Below, in pieces: positions 1 through 8,238 of a stretch of 24,251 nucleotides of DNA. Under the pieces are notes generated by a model. That model had not been told where the DNA came from. It was given only the letters and a program-made list of their open reading frames with translations, and made no database searches. Source of the stretch: an uncultured candidatus Brocadiaceae bacterium (lineage in GTDB: Bacteria > Planctomycetota > UBA11346); assembly GCA_964415495.1 (NCBI GenBank), contig CAYQAQ010000002.1:1-24251 (forward strand). Reading direction: 5' to 3'. The translations under genes and the position numbers were made by a program. How positions within the stretch are numbered: the first letter of the stretch is position 1; every line of letters starts with the position of its first letter.

Positions 1-232
1 TGATCGTCCAGCCGCCCGCGGCGTATTCCCGCTGTAAGCCCTGTAAACCGGCCACGAGCGCGTCGCCATCCGCGGCCGTGAGCAGGCCGACCTTGGTCAG
101 CATGCGCGCGTGGGCCAAGCAACCAATGAGGTCGTAGGGTGCCAGCACGCGGTCATAGGTCCAGTCGTCGCCGACCGTGAACGCATGAATCAAGCGGTTC
201 GTTTCGTCGCCGCCCTTGCTCCAGATAGCCAT
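1..232 (-). CDS. argH: Argininosuccinate lyase, N-terminal part (runs off the window; absent from the ORF track)
   Basis: Hand translation from CAT at 230-232: MAIWSKGGDETNRLIHAFTVGDDWTYDRVLAPYDLIGCLAHARMLTKVGLLTAADGDALVAGLQGLQREYAAGGWTI. This fits the ArgH N-terminus pattern (W-KG..FTVG.D..D..L..YD.....AHA.ML..GLLT). GAGGGAG SD-like sequence upstream on the minus strand. Confidence 0.85.
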   Translation of the reverse strand, partial: MAIWSKGGDETNRLIHAFTVGDDWTYDRVLAPYDLIGCLAHARMLTKVGLLTAADGDALVAGLQGLQREYAAGGWTI

Positions 233-329
233 GACGCGGATCTCCCTCAGAGGGTGCGCAGCATCGCTGGTCCACCGGGCTCGGCAACGTGCTTCCCCTG
301 GGCGTCTTTATGGCTATGACCCTCCCCCC

Positions 330-893
330 ATGACGGTCCGACTCGGCATTCTTCTCAGCGGCGGTGGCAGCACCTACGCCAACATCGAAACCGCTATCGC
401 GGATGGTCGCCTCCCGGCCACGGTTGCGGTGGTGGTGTCCTCCAAAGCCGGCGTTGGTGGCATCGACCACGCGCTGCGCCATTCCCGCCCCTTGGTCATT
501 GCTGCCAGTTCAGCCGAGGTCACCACCGCGTTGCGTGATCATCACGTAGAATGGGTGGTCATGTGCGGCTGGCTCAAATATTGGGATCCGCCAGAATCCT
601 GGCGTGGTCGCACGATCAATATCCATCCCAGCCTGCTGCCCGCGTATGGCGGCAAGGGCATGTATGGCCTGCGCGTGCACCAAGCCGTCGTGGCCGCGAA
701 GGAACGTGAAACCGGCTGCACCGTGCATCTGGTGCGTGGCGCCTATGACACCGGCACCATCCTCGCTCAGGCTAAAGTTGCAGTAAAACCGAACGATACC
801 GCTGAATCCTTGCAGGACCGCGTGATGGCCGCCGAGCGCGAGCTCTATCCGCGCGTGATTGCCGAAACGATCGCGGCGAAGATCAAGTCTTGA
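330..893 (+). CDS. purN: Phosphoribosylglycinamide formyltransferase
   Basis: LGILLSGGGST, NIHPSLLP, GCTVHLV..YDTG motifs. Start reassigned to ATG 330 (MTVRLGILL) within ORF 216..893. Confidence 0.95.
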   Translation: MTVRLGILLSGGGSTYANIETAIADGRLPATVAVVVSSKAGVGGIDHALRHSRPLVIAASSAEVTTALRDHHVEWVVMCGWLKYWDPPESWRGRTINIHPSLLPAYGGKGMYGLRVHQAVVAAKERETGCTVHLVRGAYDTGTILAQAKVAVKPNDTAESLQDRVMAAERELYPRVIAETIAAKIKS

Positions 894-926
894 GCCCGGC
901 GACGGGGCTTGGATGGTGTGGGCCCC

Positions 927-1832
927 ATGCCGGACACTGTACTTGATCATCGCGCCTTAGAGGCGTATCTCCCCCATCGCGGCATCAATTTGCTGCCCGA
1001 TCAGGTGACCCTGCATGCGAACGGCACGACCGCCACGTCGCGCACCACCATTCCCAAGCATGATCCGCGTGGGCGCACCCAGCTTGGTCGCAGCGGTAGT
1101 TTCTGGTACGAACCGTTTCTCGGCGAGTTGATGGCACTGACCGGCGTGCCCCTGCTGCACGCCCGCCTGCAGAGTGAGGGCGCTGTCGCCGTCTTCAGCA
1201 TGATCAGCAAGCTGGTGTTTCATCGCTCTGCGCCGCTGGGATCAGTGATCGACGGTAAGGCTGAGATCGTGCGCGATCGTGGGACGTTTACCTCCTTTGC
1301 CACCACGGCCACGGTCGATGGTCAGCCGCTGCTCGAGGCCGAAGTGATGTCGGGCGTCGCGCCGATCAGTGCGATTTCCGGTCAAGGCCGCGCCGAGCCC
1401 GAAGCGCTGCCCGCGGGCGAGGCGATTCCTGCTGGCGTGCTCGACTGGAAGCCGGCGCATCTGCGCTTCGCCAGCACCATCGTCAGTGCCGACGCCGCGA
1501 CCGGTAGCTTGGTCGCGGGTTATCGGTACGAGCAAAGCCACCCTTTCGTCCCCGGTCACTTCCCCGGCGGTCCCTTGATGATGGGCGTGACGCAATGGTC
1601 GGCGGTCGCTGATGCCGGCTGGATCGCGATGCAGCGTTTCGGTTATACCTCCGCGATCATTCAAGGTCGCATCACCCGTCCCGATGGCCGGGAAGTACTC
1701 GATGTGCGTGACCTGGAACTGGTGACCGAGAACGGCGTCCCGCGCATCGCCACCACCAAGCGCATCGCCTTCCGCGACAAGATTGTGCCCGGCGAGAGCA
1801 TCCTCATTCACGTGACGGTCGTCCCGCGCTGA
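927..1832 (+). CDS. Tandem (double) hot-dog FabZ/FabA-like acyl dehydratase
   Basis: N-half has LPHRGINLLPDQV (FabZ LPHRYPFLLVD-like). C-half has GHFPGGPLMMGV and a closing F...IVPGE..I.V strand. About twice FabZ length. Start 927 or 909. Confidence 0.75.
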   Translation: MPDTVLDHRALEAYLPHRGINLLPDQVTLHANGTTATSRTTIPKHDPRGRTQLGRSGSFWYEPFLGELMALTGVPLLHARLQSEGAVAVFSMISKLVFHRSAPLGSVIDGKAEIVRDRGTFTSFATTATVDGQPLLEAEVMSGVAPISAISGQGRAEPEALPAGEAIPAGVLDWKPAHLRFASTIVSADAATGSLVAGYRYEQSHPFVPGHFPGGPLMMGVTQWSAVADAGWIAMQRFGYTSAIIQGRITRPDGREVLDVRDLELVTENGVPRIATTKRIAFRDKIVPGESILIHVTVVPR

Positions 1833-1852
1833 ACGCGGTAGACCTTTAAGCC

Positions 1853-2458
1853 ATGGATACAGCGCCCAGCGATGAGGAACTGGTCCAGGTGTGCCAAGGC
1901 GGTGATTTCGCCGCCTTTGAGGAACTCTATCGCCGCTACCAACGGCCGATCTTGGCCTACGTCTATCAGATCGTGCGCAACTACGATGAGGCCGGCTCGA
2001 TCAGTCAGGACGTCTTCCTGAAAGTGTTCGAGCATGTCGCCCGCTTCGATCCGACGCGGCGCTTCTCGACCTGGTTCTACACCATCGCCCGCAACGCAGC
2101 GATCGATTACCTCAATGTCCGCAAACGCCGCGCTTTCGTGTCGTTCACCGACCTCGACCGCGCCGAAGGCGACAATGTCGTCACCAACGCCACCGCCGGC
2201 AGCGCGGTACCGGTCGAAGAGCGCTTGGCGCGCGGCGAAGCCCTCCAGCACCTCGACACCGCGCTGGCTCAGCTGCCGCAGATCTACCGCGAAGTGATCG
2301 AGCTGGTGGTCTTTCAGGAGCGCAGCTACGAAGAGGCATCGGCCATTCTCGGCGGTATCAGCTTAGGCACCCTGCGTTCGCGCATGTTCCACGCCCTGCG
2401 GCGCTTGCGTACGGAGCTGGAAAACACGGGAAATGTGCAGGAATGGGACCTTCTTTAA
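1853..2458 (+). CDS. ECF (sigma-70 group 4) RNA polymerase sigma factor, SigW/RpoE-like
   Basis: [37 protein letters not shown] (sigma2); [33 protein letters not shown] (sigma4). Confidence 0.93.
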   Translation: MDTAPSDEELVQVCQGGDFAAFEELYRRYQRPILAYVYQIVRNYDEAGSISQDVFLKVFEHVARFDPTRRFSTWFYTIARNAAIDYLNVRKRRAFVSFTDLDRAEGDNVVTNATAGSAVPVEERLARGEALQHLDTALAQLPQIYREVIELVVFQERSYEEASAILGGISLGTLRSRMFHALRRLRTELENTGNVQEWDLL

Positions 2459-2459
2459 C

Positions 2460-2605
2460 GTCCGGAAGTCCGGAAGTCCGGACGTCTCACGGAAGGAGGA
2501 TTGTTTCCGCGGTATGGGGGCCGATTATTCGACCCGACAGGCGGTGCGCATGAGTGATGATCTGACAAAAGACTCCCGGGCTTCCGGACTTCCGGACTTC
2601 CGGAC
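2460..2605. repeat. Perfect 23-bp inverted repeat made of tandem octamers (CGGAAGTC / GACTTCCG) with a 100-nt spacer
   Basis: 2460-2482 GTCCGGAAGTCCGGAAGTCCGGA is the exact reverse complement of 2583-2605 TCCGGACTTCCGGACTTCCGGAC. Degenerate extra units at 2479-2486 and 2571-2586. Confidence 0.95.
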
Positions 2606-3290
2606 TATTGAAGATCCCCGCGATCTCATCGACGCCGCATTAGCCGCTTTCGGTACCGACGCCACGATCAGCTTCAGTGGCGCAGAGGATGTTTTGCTGG
2701 TCGAACTGGCCAAGCAGACCGGCCGGCCCTTTCGCGTCTTTAGTCTCGACACCGGTCGCCTGCACGCCGAAACCTATCGCTTCTTCGCGGCTGTCGAAGA
2801 GCGCTATGGCATTCACATCGAATACTGCTTTCCCGAATCGGCGGCCGTCGAAGCCCTGGTGCGCACCAAAGGGCTGTTCAGCTTCTACGCCGACGGCCAC
2901 CAGGAATGCTGCGACATCCGCAAGGTCGCGCCGCTGCGCAAGCACCTCTCCGGACTCAAAGCCTGGATCACCGGCCAACGGCGCGATCAAAGCCCGACCC
3001 GCGGCACCGTGCCGCGCGTACAGGTTGATCCCGTCTTCCGCGGCCAGCAGGGTGGCGAACTCATCAAGTTCAACCCGCTCGCTGATATCAGCGGCACCGA
3101 TGTCTGGTTCCAGATCCGCGCTTTGGACGTGCCGTTCAATCCGCTGCACGAACGCGGCTTCGTGTCCATCGGCTGCGAGCCGTGCACCAAGGCGATCCTC
3201 CCCAGCCAACACGAACGCGAAGGCCGCTGGTGGTGGGAAGAGGGTACCAAGAAAGAATGCGGATTGCACAAGGGCAACCTCAACGGCTGA
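2550..3290 (+). CDS. cysH: Adenosine 5'-phosphosulfate reductase ([4Fe-4S]-type CysH)
   Basis: [45 protein letters not shown] and C-terminal ECGLH. The CC...CxxC set marks the Fe-S APS-reductase type. Start 2550 or the in-frame ATG 2514. Confidence 0.93.
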   Translation: MSDDLTKDSRASGLPDFRTIEDPRDLIDAALAAFGTDATISFSGAEDVLLVELAKQTGRPFRVFSLDTGRLHAETYRFFAAVEERYGIHIEYCFPESAAVEALVRTKGLFSFYADGHQECCDIRKVAPLRKHLSGLKAWITGQRRDQSPTRGTVPRVQVDPVFRGQQGGELIKFNPLADISGTDVWFQIRALDVPFNPLHERGFVSIGCEPCTKAILPSQHEREGRWWWEEGTKKECGLHKGNLNG

Positions 3291-3315
3291 TCCCGCCGGC
3301 GTTAATGACGTTCGG

Positions 3316-3729
3316 TCAACTCCGTGCTGCGTCGATCATCGTGGTGCTCAGGACGCCATACACGGCGGTCCACGATTCCTTGACCGTCGGAGTAAATGCC
3401 GGACCGAGCCCTTTGGCGAGCGAATCGAGCAGGGCGGCACCGACCGTGGCATAGTGCGCCTCCTTGACCCCATAACCAACATGGCGGCGACCCAGAGCCT
3501 GCACTACCGGAACCACAGCATCAAGATTGTTGAGCGATCGCACTGCGGTGGTGAGCATGGTCATCAACTTCTGCTTCTGTTCCGTGAGTTCAGCGGGGAA
3601 AAGGGCACGCAGCTCAGGGTCGAGTTCAAACAAACGATCGTAGAACAGATTGGCCGCGGTATCGGCGATCGGGACGCATTGCTCCCAGGTGCGCTGGACA
3701 TCCGCGATCTGGGCGAGGGTAAGGCTCAT
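3316..3729 (-). CDS. Single-domain 3/3 globin (M-family bacterial haemoglobin)
   Basis: LFYDRLFELDPELRALF (B10 Tyr, CD1 Phe), EQKQKL (E7 Gln), LGRRHVGYGV..HY..VG.ALL (proximal F8 His). Start set at ATG 3729 (MSLTLAQI). Confidence 0.92.
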   Translation of the reverse strand: MSLTLAQIADVQRTWEQCVPIADTAANLFYDRLFELDPELRALFPAELTEQKQKLMTMLTTAVRSLNNLDAVVPVVQALGRRHVGYGVKEAHYATVGAALLDSLAKGLGPAFTPTVKESWTAVYGVLSTTMIDAARS

Positions 3730-3769
3730 GTGGGGCTGCGGAGGACATGGAGGGATCATTGGATGATAA

Positions 3770-3870
3770 AGGTCGCATCACGGTATCGCGATTGCTTGCG
3801 CAGATATGCGCGAAAACATCAAGACATCAATACGATTTCATGAATTATTACAGTTCAATCGTGCAACAAT
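3770..3870 (-). promoter_or_regulatory. AT-rich intergenic region, probable globin promoter/operator
   Basis: Markedly AT-rich relative to its flanks. ACATCAA direct repeat at 3816-3822 and 3824-3830; GCGCA-GATA-TGCGC at 3798-3811. No canonical site recognised. Confidence 0.35.
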
Positions 3871-3917
3871 CCCGTCCGGAGCCGCAGGCTGGAATTTCCA
3901 GGCGCATTGCGGACCGA

Positions 3918-6900
3918 TCAGCCGAGCAACGCCAACCACACCCGCGCGGTCTCGGTGACGCTCCAGGCCTGGGCATCGCAACCGCGTTGAGCATGTGGTG
4001 CATCACCATCGACGATCTCGGGCAGATGGCCGAGACAGCCCGATCCGAGCAAACGATCGGTCGAACCGAGATAACTGCGCGCCGTGGTCAGCGCCGCGGG
4101 ACTGCGATCATAGGCCAGAGCGAAGGCCTCGCAGAAGGTCGGGAAGGTCCACACCCACGCCGTGCCGTTGTGATAGGCCGGCTTGCGCCGGGTGTCTTCA
4201 TCGCCTTCGTAGCGACCCCAATACGGAAACGCCGGATCATTCAGCAGCTGTCCCTGATGATCGTGGATCGGATGCAGGGGGTGCGCCGGGAGGGGCGCCA
4301 AGCTGCGCTGGGCGCCCGGGATGATGAGATGGGTGCGGGCCGCCTCGACCACGCTGCGGGCGCGCTCGCCATGGACAGCGCCCAGGCTCACCGCAAAGAG
4401 CGCGTTGGAACGCAGAGCGGTGTCAACCACGGCGTTTTCGGCCACAACACCGGCCGGAGCGATCAGGTGATCGGCGTACCAACCCTGCTGATCCAGCCAG
4501 TACAAACGTTCGATGCTCGCAAGCACACGCTCGGCAAGTTCGGCCCACGGCAGAACCGGCGCCGGCGCCTTGAGCTCGGCCAACTGCTGCAACAGCCGCC
4601 ACCACAGCACTTGGATTTCGATCGGGTAGCCTTCGCGCGGCGTGCCGGCCGGATGGTTGGTGTCCATCCAGGTGAAATGGCTGGGGCTCCACACCAGGCC
4701 ACTGACGGCATCGACGTGAATGCCGTTGGGCGTGCCGTGGAGGTAGCCGGTCGCGATAGCTGCCAACACATCGCGAATGCGTCGGCCACCAGCGTCGGCA
4801 TCGTAGACGGCTTTGGCTCCCAGGACGACCGCGGCATCACTGCACACCACGCCATACCACAACGGCGCATCAACGGTGTCGCGGTTGCTGGCGTCTTCAC
4901 CATGAATGCAGTTGGGCAAGGTGCCATTGGCTTCGAAGCGCCCGAAGACCCTCAGGAGACCCAGGACTGCTTGCGTGTGGCCGAGAGCGACCAAGCCACG
5001 CGCGCAAATCAACGTATCGCGCCCCCAGTCGAGGAACCACGGATAGCCGGCGATGACCGAGTGTCCGTCGTCGCGCCGGACCAGATAGGCCAAGGTCGAT
5101 TCGGCGAGGCGATCAAGGAAGGCATCACCACTGCTCGTTTGCGGTTCGCGCTGGCACAGCGGGTCGGGATAGGCGGGCTCTTCGGCCAGAGCGGCGCGCA
5201 CCGTGCCGCTCGCGCCGGCAGGGAGGGGAATGCGGAACCAGCCGGGGCTCCAGGCATCACCACTGCCAGCCATGCCGCGCGTGCTTTCCACCGTATGCGG
5301 AATAGCGGTACACCATTCCGGGGCCGATCGATACACGCCCGTGTCGCTGCGAACAACGAGGGTTCGGCCAGCACCGGGCGCAAAATCGAAGCCATCGGCG
5401 TGGTGCGCCGTGACCTGCTGGAAGAAAGCATCGAGCGGTTCGTCGCGTACCGTTTGACTGTGGAACGAGCGGTCTTCGAGATCGAAGCGCAGCACCACGG
5501 CTACCTCGGCGTCGTCATTCAGGTGGTAACCCCACAAGGGCGGACGGTCGGGGCGGTGCACGGTCAGCTCAAGCGCATTGCGGCCGGGAATCAGGCTGGC
5601 TTCGAGATGAATCTCTGCCGTGCGACCATCGCCGGCATTGGCGACGAAGCTCCAGCGGGCGCAGCCATCAACGCTGACGCCCACCAAGCAGACGCGATCC
5701 AAAGCGGTGATAAAGCCATCGGCCACCGCCCACGCGCGCAAGCGCTTGATCAGCACATGGCGATCGACCGGCACTGCTGAGTGCAGGTTCGCGGCGAGCA
5801 GACAATCATACTTCGAGGTGATACGGCCGAGATCCGCCGATGCGCGCAACATCGCCCCGCGCCCATTGGTCAGCAGCAGCATGCCATCCGCGACATCGCG
5901 ATCATGGGCACTGGCACCCGCAGCGAGAAAGCGCACTGGACTGGTGATAGGAATGCCCGGTCGCTGGAAGGCGTCAATTATCAGCGTGCCATCCGCTTCC
6001 GCGTGCGGCGGAAACGCCGCCCACCACGCGTTGTTGGCGGCGAAGGCGCGCACGCGTGTCGGTGGTCGGCCGTCGGTGAACACCAGACGGGCAGTAAACG
6101 GTCCGTCCAGGTGGACCAGCAACCACGAGCCATGCGGCACCGGCAAAATGCGCGAGCAGTCGCACTCGCGCCATTGGACCACTAACGGCACGCCGTCGGC
6201 CTGCAGCGCCGCGCAGATGGCCGCCTTGAGGTCTTGTTCGGCCAGCCGATGATCCAGACGCGACAACGCCGCCAGGAAGTGCGATACATCACGGCCGATC
6301 AGATGCGCCAAATCTTGCCAGGCGACCGGCCCCATGACTTCGGGTGCCAGCACGCCGCCCAAAATGCGATACCCGGCCCGCGCCTGGGCCCGTAGCTGGC
6401 GATACGCATCGCCACTCAAGCCGATGGGTTCGGGACTGGCCGCTAGACAATGGACGGCACCGCCGGCCAACACCAGTTCAGACGGCACGGGCAAGAAAGG
6501 CGATCCAGTCAACAAGTCATGACGCGGACTGCCGAGGCCATGATCGAGGGCCGAATCCCACGTCACCGTGGCCGCATGGTCAGGGTCGAGATTGGCCAGG
6601 ATCAACACGCGATCGAGATCATCGGCGCTCGTGCGACTGACGATCAGTACCTGCGCATCATCAGCGCTATGGCGCTGAATGACCGCGCCGTCGAACCAGC
6701 AGGGATGATCACGCAGCAGGCGATTCAAGGCGGCGAGTTCAGGGATGATATGCTCGTCCGCATCCCAGTTCAGACCGGAGCACCGATGTACGTTGATTTT
6801 CTCGCACGCCAGCCACTCCACGCCGGCGGTGAAACCAAAAGCGCCCTGCGTCGATAACAGGGCTGATAGCTGATTGCGCAGCAGCGACCACGCCCGGCCG

Positions 6901-8183
6901 CGCTTGGCCAGCCGGTCATTGTCATGGGTTTCGCTGTAATGGACCAAGGCACCGAGATTGCCGGTATGCTGGATTTGATGATCCAGATACGCACTGACTT
7001 CGCGTGGCGAATGATTCTGGAACAGTTCACTGTACGCCCATTGCAGGCCGCCTTCAGCCAGCAGAGCGGTGGTCGCCTCCCACGCACCGCCGAGGCCTTC
7101 GAGCAAAAAGACGGTATCGGGGAATTCCTGCCGCACCCGCGCGGTGATGTATTGCCACGCCGGCTGCGGCACCATGTACCCGGCATCGCAACGGAAACCG
7201 TCGACACCGCGCGCGCACCATTCGAGCAACGCATCCGCGAGCACATCCCACAACACCACCGTACCATGATCGAGTTCGACCAAATCTTCCCAGGTGACGC
7301 CCCAGGCACCGGGACTGTGGAAACGCCCATTGGCATCGCGCTGGAACCACTCCGGATGGTTCTCCTGCAGGGTCGAACCCCAGCCAGTGTGGTTGAGCAC
7401 CACATCCAGGAAAACCTGGCAATTGCGGCGATGACAGGCGTAGGTCAATTCACGGAATTGATCGACACCGGTGGTACGGCGATCAAAGACCACCAACGCG
7501 GGATCAATCGCGGTCAGATCTTGGCCGGCATAGGGACTGCCATAGCGCCCGAAGCGGGCGTAGGTCGTCGGCGTCGGGGTGACCGGCAGCAAATGCAGAA
7601 TGCGGCACCCGAGGGTATCCACGATGTGCGGCAGTTGGCCAATGACATCACGAAAGGTACCCGACGGCGGAATGATCGTATAGCCATGGCGGTCGAGCAC
7701 GGCGAACTGGTCATCGCGCAAAGTGTCAGCGGTGAACGCCTGCGTGCGCGTAGCACCGAACTGACGCACGAAGGCGCAGTAGATGGTATTCGCGGTGCGT
7801 GTCTCATCGGGATGCACGGCGATGCCAAGGTCATGACCGTCCGGCCAGTGCTGATGACCTTCGGTATCGATGGCAAAAGCCTTGGCTCGAAACCAGCCGA
7901 TTTCGGTTACCGGCAGATCCGCCAACCATGTGGAATCATCTTCGCGGCGCAGGCGCACATCGCGCCAGGCTGAGCCGGCGAAGGGCTCGGATCCGCCATG
8001 ACGGGCGACGATCTCGGCGCGGGCCGCGCTGACGCGGCCGATGGTGGTCCGCAAGCGGCCTTGCCATCCGCTCGGCAGGGGGCCACCGTCGGCGCGGCGC
8101 AGGCGGATCGTGACGCGGTCACCAACGAAGCGCAGCAGGCGTTCGCCCGGCGGGGGATCCATGACGAGCGCAGGTGCATCCAT
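3918..8183 (-). CDS. Bifunctional glycogen-debranching-type enzyme: GH13 alpha-amylase domain fused to GH133 amylo-alpha-1,6-glucosidase
   Basis: GH13 regions: DVVLNHTG, DGFRCDAG, FLLEGLG, ETHDND. GH133-type motifs: VIAGYPWF.DWGRDT, TWMDT, IEIQVLW, YHNGTAWVW, GHLPEI.DG, GCDAQAWSV. 1421 aa; GAGGA SD upstream. Confidence 0.88.
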   Translation of the reverse strand: MDAPALVMDPPPGERLLRFVGDRVTIRLRRADGGPLPSGWQGRLRTTIGRVSAARAEIVARHGGSEPFAGSAWRDVRLRREDDSTWLADLPVTEIGWFRAKAFAIDTEGHQHWPDGHDLGIAVHPDETRTANTIYCAFVRQFGATRTQAFTADTLRDDQFAVLDRHGYTIIPPSGTFRDVIGQLPHIVDTLGCRILHLLPVTPTPTTYARFGRYGSPYAGQDLTAIDPALVVFDRRTTGVDQFRELTYACHRRNCQVFLDVVLNHTGWGSTLQENHPEWFQRDANGRFHSPGAWGVTWEDLVELDHGTVVLWDVLADALLEWCARGVDGFRCDAGYMVPQPAWQYITARVRQEFPDTVFLLEGLGGAWEATTALLAEGGLQWAYSELFQNHSPREVSAYLDHQIQHTGNLGALVHYSETHDNDRLAKRGRAWSLLRNQLSALLSTQGAFGFTAGVEWLACEKINVHRCSGLNWDADEHIIPELAALNRLLRDHPCWFDGAVIQRHSADDAQVLIVSRTSADDLDRVLILANLDPDHAATVTWDSALDHGLGSPRHDLLTGSPFLPVPSELVLAGGAVHCLAASPEPIGLSGDAYRQLRAQARAGYRILGGVLAPEVMGPVAWQDLAHLIGRDVSHFLAALSRLDHRLAEQDLKAAICAALQADGVPLVVQWRECDCSRILPVPHGSWLLVHLDGPFTARLVFTDGRPPTRVRAFAANNAWWAAFPPHAEADGTLIIDAFQRPGIPITSPVRFLAAGASAHDRDVADGMLLLTNGRGAMLRASADLGRITSKYDCLLAANLHSAVPVDRHVLIKRLRAWAVADGFITALDRVCLVGVSVDGCARWSFVANAGDGRTAEIHLEASLIPGRNALELTVHRPDRPPLWGYHLNDDAEVAVVLRFDLEDRSFHSQTVRDEPLDAFFQQVTAHHADGFDFAPGAGRTLVVRSDTGVYRSAPEWCTAIPHTVESTRGMAGSGDAWSPGWFRIPLPAGASGTVRAALAEEPAYPDPLCQREPQTSSGDAFLDRLAESTLAYLVRRDDGHSVIAGYPWFLDWGRDTLICARGLVALGHTQAVLGLLRVFGRFEANGTLPNCIHGEDASNRDTVDAPLWYGVVCSDAAVVLGAKAVYDADAGGRRIRDVLAAIATGYLHGTPNGIHVDAVSGLVWSPSHFTWMDTNHPAGTPREGYPIEIQVLWWRLLQQLAELKAPAPVLPWAELAERVLASIERLYWLDQQGWYADHLIAPAGVVAENAVVDTALRSNALFAVSLGAVHGERARSVVEAARTHLIIPGAQRSLAPLPAHPLHPIHDHQGQLLNDPAFPYWGRYEGDEDTRRKPAYHNGTAWVWTFPTFCEAFALAYDRSPAALTTARSYLGSTDRLLGSGCLGHLPEIVDGDAPHAQRGCDAQAWSVTETARVWLALLG

Positions 8184-8238
8184 GCCGACATCCTCGCTAC
8201 GATCAGCCGATGAGGCAAGGCTGCGTTAATGAGCCGAA

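Noticed and set aside
2460-2605. Octamer repeats as a CRISPR array or Rho-independent terminator
   Set aside because: Units are contiguous 8-mers without unique spacers, there are no cas genes, the loop is 100 nt and there is no U-tract.
3747-5780. 677-aa plus-strand ORF and other long antisense ORFs (e.g. 6924..7973, 11587..12831, 14460..15842, 22297..23796)
   Set aside because: They lie opposite well-supported genes and have no recognisable motifs; such shadow ORFs are expected from high-GC codon bias.
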